In this document: positions 56,710-64,000 of the stretch, in pieces | How the letters are laid out: every line of letters begins with the position of its first letter | Position numbering within the stretch: the first letter of the stretch is position 1 | NCBI GenBank assembly: GCA_951406725.2 | Contig: OX597831.1 | Location: 13,330,001-13,394,000 of the forward strand | DNA length: 64,000 nt | Source: Octopus vulgaris | Lineage: Eukaryota | Direction of reading: 5' to 3' | Notes under the pieces: generated by a model | Seen by the model: the letters and a program-made list of their open reading frames with translations, nothing else | Databases searched by the model: none | Told to the model about the DNA's origin: nothing | Position numbers and translations under genes: made by a program

Positions 56710-58020
56710 CTGTCGTCTATAGTACAATGAAACTGGAAGAACACATAAACTAGAAGCGTTTCTTTGGCCGATGTAAGAGTGCATACCTTGTATCCATAGC
56801 TCAGTGATGTACATCAATCAAATATATATTCAGAACACAGTGAAGGAATTCCAGCTCTATTATGGTGTGCAAGCCTTTCTGCTTGTGGGTAGAGTTAGGC
56901 TTTGATCTGTGACTTAGGGATTATCTGTCCGCTACTCAAGGGACCCACAATCTCATCTGATACATTTCTTCGAGCTGGCCGGCCACTGACAGAATACGTA
57001 GAAAATAGAAGGCCTTAATCCACCAGTGGAGGAACAACGGCTGATTTTATTGATGGATTAAATTAAAAAATACAGAATATGAAATAAATAAAACAAAGAA
57101 AATACGAGATAAACTAAAATAGAAAGGTTTTTCTTTCTCAGCGCATACAATTGATCTAAAAGCATTTCAGATAGATAGTTCGATCTTTTAAAGTATTCAG
57201 AAGGAAGTCTACGTGTGTGTGTGTGTATGAGTGAGTATGTGTGCGTGTTATCAAGCATTAGATAATGTAAAGAGTCTTTTAGACAACAACTAATGCGTTG
57301 CTTAATGTGTAAAAACATTTCTTTCATCTTTGCCAGTGTTGATGTGCGCAATCAACAGTGAAGTACTTTAAAAACATTGTATTTTGGCTTTGATTATGGA
57401 AGATTTGTCTTAAGTCAATTTTAGTTGTTTTTCTCCATTAACCATTTCACAATATTATGCAATTTGAAATAAAATGAATTCCCTCTGGATTGTTATTAGT
57501 AAAATTTTTTTAATATTCGTAGTTTGAGAAATGCATCAAAAGTTTTGTTTCTTAAAATAAGAATCAGGTACATTTTGGGGAACAAGCATAAAGTGCTCAT
57601 GTTTATCGATTGTGTTCAGGCTTAACAAAATTCTTCGGTAGAAACATGCATAGATGTATAAAGAAATTTATCCTAGATGCAGTTATTGTCAGATAAATTC
57701 GTTCGTTTTTTTTTCCATTTAGCCGCCCTCCAACATGTATGTGAAAAGAGGTTAAATATCTTATTGAAAAAGCACTAAAAAAATTGTAGAAGAAAAATAG
57801 TGATAAAAAATATAAAACACTACGAGAAAAATAATTTTTGTGCTAAAACAAATAACTTTAGTATGGATTTGATAAATGGAAAAAAAAAAGAAAGGATTTA
57901 TCTGATAACCCAATGAAGTGATAGAGAATTAAAAACACAAAAACGGATTCGTAAAGGCATTTGTACATTTTCAACAACGAAATAGGTACATCAATAAAGA
58001 AATGTTTTATATCTTAGGTT

Positions 58021-58171
<151 letters not shown>

Positions 58172-58194
58172 TATATGAATTAATATAAATATCT

Positions 58195-59058
58195 ACACGT
58201 AATATAACACTGTAAATGAAAACATTAGTCATTACTAAATGTGACTGAGGGTGCCAAAGCAACCATATTACAAGAAATAAGAGTTAAAATCACTTGATGC
58301 TGTAAAATGCGTGCAATATATATAAAGTTTTACCTATGAGTCGTAAGCTCATAGGTAGTGACTACACAAACACTCGATGGTTTGGGTAAATCCGGCTGTC
58401 AGTATATAGACTTTTACTATAAAAATTTATGGGTGTTTTAGCTAAATGCTAATGCGTATATTAAGAATTAATGGCGCAATATAATACTGTAAATGAAAAA
58501 TTCGATCTTCACTAATTTTGACTGAGTGTGCTGAAATTAGTCTCATTTAGTGATCCTAGAGATCATGGTGCAGTTATCTCCCCTGTCTTGGGGTGGATAT
58601 CTTCCCTATCAGTGTATATATATTGCGCCTACCTTACAGTATTATTTCTTGCAATAAAGGTGCTTTGGCACTCTCAGTCACAATTAGTGAAGATTAAATT
58701 ATTCCTAAGTGGTATTTTATTGCTCCTGTCTACATCAATTGTTAATATATGCATTAACATTTCGCTAAATCAGCCATAAAGCTTTATTGGAAAAGTGTAT
58801 ATAACGATCGCTGGATATAGCCAAACCATCAAGCATTTGAATTGTCGTTACTGACAGGACTATAACTGATAGTTGAAAGGGGTTAATTCTAGTAATCCTA
58901 TAGACTGCCGCCAGTTATCGTGCCGCCAGTTATCTCCCCTTATATGGTGTATATATTGCGCGCTTCCCACAGTATTCAGAGCTTTTAACTCTTATTTCTT
59001 GCAATATAGATGCTTCGGCACCCTCACTCACAAATAGTGAGGATTACATTTTCCTGTA
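58195..59058. repeat. Palindromic arrangement of diverged tandem units of about 300 bp, between (TA)n tracts
   Basis: 58200-58325 is the reverse complement of about 58945-59058 and 58612-58710; 58370-58530 is the reverse complement of about 58670-58840. Confidence 0.7.
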
Positions 59059-59075
59059 TATATATATATACATAC

Positions 59076-59124
<49 letters not shown>

Positions 59125-59156
59125 TATATTTTTTCCCTGTATATATATATACATAC

Positions 59157-59244
<88 letters not shown>

Positions 59245-59253
59245 GTACATATA

Positions 59254-59292
<39 letters not shown>

Positions 59293-60058
59293 CAACACAG
59301 CACTATTTAGCATGAAACGAACAACATGGATTACCCATCTAAGCAAAGCTTGCCTTACAAAGTTACCACACGCGTTGTACGGTATCTCTACTTGCTGCTA
59401 ATGGGGAAAAGAATGCGTGCCATAAGGCGAATTGAAATGTCATATGAATGGTCATCAGACAATATTCCAACACCTACTGCAAAAGGTGTCCAACGTTTCC
59501 TATGTGTACAAAAGTCTTTGTCCTTTATAAAGCTAGAAAACTGCATCAAACGATAGCATTACTTGAAGCGAGTCGTAGCCGTTACGCACACACAAACACA
59601 CAAACAACTACAGAATGATTATGATAGTCATCTTCAACGCACATTAAGTGTAATAATTATATTTAGCTTTATTGTGATATATTATTTCATACAAAAGAAT
59701 GACAGCGAGGTCATGTCGAGAACATCATTTGAAGAAAAATCTAATTCTTTGTTTACTTGCAGATTTTAGGTAAGGGAAAACATCTAATTCCATCGACTTC
59801 TCAGTGAAGAAACATCTCCCATCATGTTGATTTAAAGAGAAATATTAAATACATAATGTGTTGACAACTTAATCTTTCCTAGAGCTAAATTACCGGATTA
59901 ATGTCAAATGTATTTTTCTATTTCATCATCAAATCAGTGAAACAATATATTCTTGTTTCATTTGGAAAACATTTCCTAGGTTTACATTCTTTCATTTTAA
60001 AACGCTGATGATGTAAAGCAATAGCGTTTGAGTGTTCTTCAGGGGCGTGCCCATAAGC

Positions 60059-60149
<91 letters not shown>

Positions 60150-60340
60150 AAGGCGGCGAACTGGCAGAATCGTTAGCACGCCGGGCGAAATGCTTAGCGG
60201 TATTTCGTCTGTCTTTACGTTCCGAGTTCAAATTCCGCAACGGTCGACTTTGCCTTTCATCCTTTCCGAGTCGATAAATTAAGTACTGATCGACTGGTCC
60301 CCTCCACCAAAATTTCAGACCTTTTGCCTAGAGTAGAAAA
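60150..60340 (+). mobile_element. tRNA-SINE monomer, dominant family
   Basis: aggcggcgaactggcagaatcgttagcacgccgggcg...gagttcaaattccgc...gtcgactttgcctttcatcc; another copy near 56430-56645. Confidence 0.85.
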
Positions 60341-60700
60341 GTAAAGATGGGTGAATGTAGCAAAGATGGTGCGTGTGAGTGACGAAACCACTTTGAGCAT
60401 GATCCTGTAAATCATAAAAGAGAAAGAGAGAGCACTTTGCTCTCATGTGTTTATTTCCTCCCTGCCTGAGGTTACCGTGTTTTTTGCTGTAGGCTTTTCT
60501 TCCAACGGATGAACTTTGAAATTTTTTCTTTCTGTGATACACGATCCCTTTTGATCGTTTTTTTTTTCCGATCCCTTTTGATTGAAATTTTACATTTGTT
60601 TCCTTCTTTTCTTCTTTTTCCTTTACCATCTTCGAAAAGAAAAGCTCTACATTTGTAATTGTCCCCTCTGTGCCCAGCCCTGTGTGGCCAAGAAAGAAAG

Positions 60701-60701
<1 letters not shown>
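60341..60701 (+). mobile_element. LINE 3' end (Tx1/L1-like) with ORF C-terminus and 3'UTR, ending in (TATC)n
   Basis: RWVNVAKMVRVSDETTLSMIL* (stop 60408-60410), then a T-rich UTR homologous to 32271-32400. Confidence 0.55.
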
Positions 60702-60775
<74 letters not shown>

Positions 60776-60915
60776 CCTATATCTATCTATATCTATCTAT
60801 CTAGCTAGCTAACTATCTGTCTGTCTGTCTGTCTATATCTCTAGCTAGCTAGCTATCTGTCTGTCTGTCTGTCTATAACTCTTACTTCAAATTATCTTAT
60901 GAAAAAACAATTTAC

Positions 60916-60988
<73 letters not shown>

Positions 60989-61158
60989 ATTAATTGTTAT
61001 CGCCATATTAATATGGCAATCTTATAGATATAAGACTAAAAGCTGTCGCTGATTAGCTCCATGAGGCCATCGCCTTAAGATAGCTATTGACACACAAACT
61101 GTGTCCATTAGAACCTTCGAACAAGGGAGGTCAGCCGCTTCACACTGCTAGTCAGACA

Positions 61159-61201
61159 GCTACAGACGCGTTTCAGGGTATTTGCCTCTTGTCAATGTAG
61201 C
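61159..61201 (-). ncRNA. Type I hammerhead motif with U3-A8 core variant
   Basis: Minus: gctaca-TTGACAA-g-agg(caaatac)cct-GAAA-CGCG-TC-tgtagc; 6-bp helix I extends imperfectly out to gaaccttcgaaca/tgttcgaaggttc (61111-61250). Confidence 0.7.
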
Positions 61202-61353
61202 GTAGTCGACTCAGCAGGTGTCGCCACTGATCATCTCTGTTCGAAGGTTCTATTTACCTATTTTCGGTGGAATACATCCACTTGTTTTCAATAATAGAAA
61301 TATTAAAATTACTAAGTCTCTCTAAAAGAGATTACGACAGCGTTACTGGAAAT

Positions 61354-62005
61354 TATTTTTAGCACTAGAGTTAACCACATAGTGGTCACTCTCTTATATT
61401 TATGTATAAATTTGTATTTTCTCCCTGGTTTTTATGTGCTAAGCCACTTGGTGTTAAATTGATGGTATTATTAAATTAATATCAAATTTTTCACCCTCAT
61501 TTATAAATTTATAAATTTAATTATACTGCAGTAAATATTTTATGCAGTATTCTTTTCCAATGAGTCTTATATGCTTTTGGCGGGGGAATTTGAATCATAA
61601 CTACGAATACAATCGATTAAACCACACGCGTATTTGACTCACGTGAAGGTCTAATAAATTGTATTTAAGACAAACCTCTGCCGATGATTTATAGATGTTA
61701 TGTAAGTAAAATTGCACGTTACATTAATAATGAAACAATTGTTCAGGGTTAATCTATTTTTTCGTTATATTTCACTTTCCTTACGTTAAATGTAATGTTA
61801 TTTCTTCCTGGAAACAACTTTTTTGTGGCTATACCAGTAACAGAGCTATTTTTAGCACTAGAGTTAACCACATAGTGGTCACTCTCTTATATTTATGTAT
61901 AAATTTGTATTGTATCCCTGGCTTTTATGTGCTAAGCTACTTGGTGTTAAATTGATGGTATTATTAAATTAATATCAAATTTGTCACCCTCATTTATAAA
62001 TTTAT
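61354..62005. repeat. About 160-bp direct repeat pair (61354-61513 and 61847-62005)
   Basis: tatttttagcactagagttaaccacatagtgg...caccctcatttataaatttata twice; fragment also near 4085-4160. Confidence 0.85.
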
Positions 62006-62535
62006 ATATATATATATATATATATATCGCGAGAGAGAGAGAGAGAGAGAGAGAGAGAACTAGATTAGATATGCATATATATGAGTCTATACATATACAT
62101 GCTCATACAAACATAGATATACACATAGAGAGCCACACCCACACACATGTTTCAATATTCATATATATTTTAGATAGAACATATTTCATAACCTTACATA
62201 CCCTTATCACAGTCTTTTCGAACTCTGTGAATGGTCATATGGGTGTGTGTGATTTTCATTTTCCTTTCTTTTCGTCTGTGATACGGGGTCTTAAAATTTT
62301 GCTTCTCCTTCCCTCCATTTCGCCCTTGTGAACAAGTGAAAACTGTGGTTTAGAGTCCTTTTGACTGCTAATTTTAGCATACTGGTATTACAAGTAGTAC
62401 CCCTCATTATTAATTAATAATTTTGCCATCATAGTCCTTTTACGCATGCTAGCCACTCATATTATTGTAAATTATTAACAATAATATTTAATAATATATT
62501 TATATACATATATATATAACATATTTCATATATAT

Positions 62536-62595
<60 letters not shown>

Positions 62596-62783
62596 TGTGT
62601 ATGTGAGTGTGTGTTTGTTTGAGTGTGTCTGTGTGTTCAGTTACTTGATGTGCATATACGTATGTCTATATATATATAAGTTCAGCAAAATTTAGATTCA
62701 AATGAATATGGTACTTAAGTTAAAGGCACCAGAATTTTGTATGGTATTATCCATATAAATCAAATGGGGTGATTATAATCAAA

Positions 62784-62901
62784 ATAAGCAACAAGGACAT
62801 CCAAGATAGAGTTGTAGAATTGTTTCATGCTACTTCAAGTAGCATGAAACAATTGTACTATATTCTTGAATTGCATATTCTTGAATATCCTTGTTGCTTA
62901 T
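62784..62901. repeat. Imperfect hairpin with a near-perfect central palindrome
   Basis: ataagcaacaagga...aattgtttcatgctact(tca)agtagcatgaaacaatt...tccttgttgcttat. Confidence 0.8.
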
Positions 62902-62903
62902 CT

Positions 62904-62962
<59 letters not shown>

Positions 62963-64000
62963 GTGTGTGTGTGTGTGTGTGTATTATCTCTATATGTATA
63001 TATGCATGTGTATATGTAGTGACACGCATCCACACATATACATATATTACCTCAAATTTAAATTAACGTACAGAAGGCTAAGAACTTCAAAATCACACAC
63101 ACGCGCGCGCGCACACACACACACACTCACACACACACACACATACTAACACACACACACATTTTCTATTCTAAAACACGAATAATTTCTACAAAATCTG
63201 TACGCTTCTTATGCTTTTATATGAATCCCTATGCATAACTCAAAATTTCCGTTTGAAATTGTTTAGAATTTACGATCGATTAAATCTAAAATAACGTAAA
63301 CAGATGAAGTAATAATTCTCGTTTTACAAATCGATAATGGATTTGATTCTTGAAAGTATTAAAAAACGGTACTTATACAACATCTGGATAAATAATTAAA
63401 TATTTGGATAATACAGTGTAATACCTAAATATTTGTGTCTGTTTGGTGGATACCAAATAAATGTACCTTCGACAATAATGTAACGTTCCATTAGGCTTTT
63501 TAGGAAATGGTGGACACAGAACTAGTGTCGCTGTTATGACAGAACCTACATTATATGTCATTACATGCGATTTCTGTGATAGATGTTGTTGGAAAGTTTT
63601 CCCCATACAAACAGAACAGCAACAATAGTTGTGATAAGCTCTTCACAGCTTTGTTTTAGAAAGACTCAAGGTGCTACAACACTGTTAAAATTTGCTTGAA
63701 CCATCGCCTATTATCGCGTATACTTAAGTGTGTGTGTGTGTGTGTTTGTGTGAAAGGCGCGTGTATGCATGTATGTATATAGTAACATAGTCCTCTGAGC
63801 CCACGTGATGTCAGAGACACCATGTCACTTATGTGGTGGTACAACTTTCATGCATATACATATCGTATATGTATATTCTTTTATTCCTTTTTCTTTTACA
63901 TGTTTCAGTCATTTCATTGCGGCCATGGAGGAGCAACGCCTATGTATGTACGTATGTATGTATGTATGTATGTATGTATGTATGTATGTATGTATGTATG

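Overview
This 64 kb window is AT-rich animal DNA saturated with microsatellites. Its SINE repertoire and repeat style suggest a coleoid cephalopod, most likely Octopus (inference). No intact host gene or convincing exon is visible, and nearly all listed ORFs are translations of simple repeats. Real coding remnants all derive from transposons: a Penelope-like GIY-YIG endonuclease C-terminus, two R4/Dong-like LINE 3' ends in (TAA)n, a Tx1/L1-like 3' end in (TATC)n and Tc1/mariner fragments. The main signal is non-coding. Reading both strands by hand found about ten intact or near-intact type I hammerhead ribozyme (HHR) motifs from several unrelated repeat families, plus decayed ones. The best case is a near-perfect 491-bp tandem duplication (41193-42143) with an intact minus-strand HHR in each unit, the architecture of a non-LTR retrozyme that could release a 491-nt circularisable RNA. 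Three motifs carry compensatory changes at the core 3-8 pair (G3-C8 once, U3-A8 twice), and one family joins a tRNA-type Pol III head to an HHR. All folds were paired by eye; none was computed or tested.
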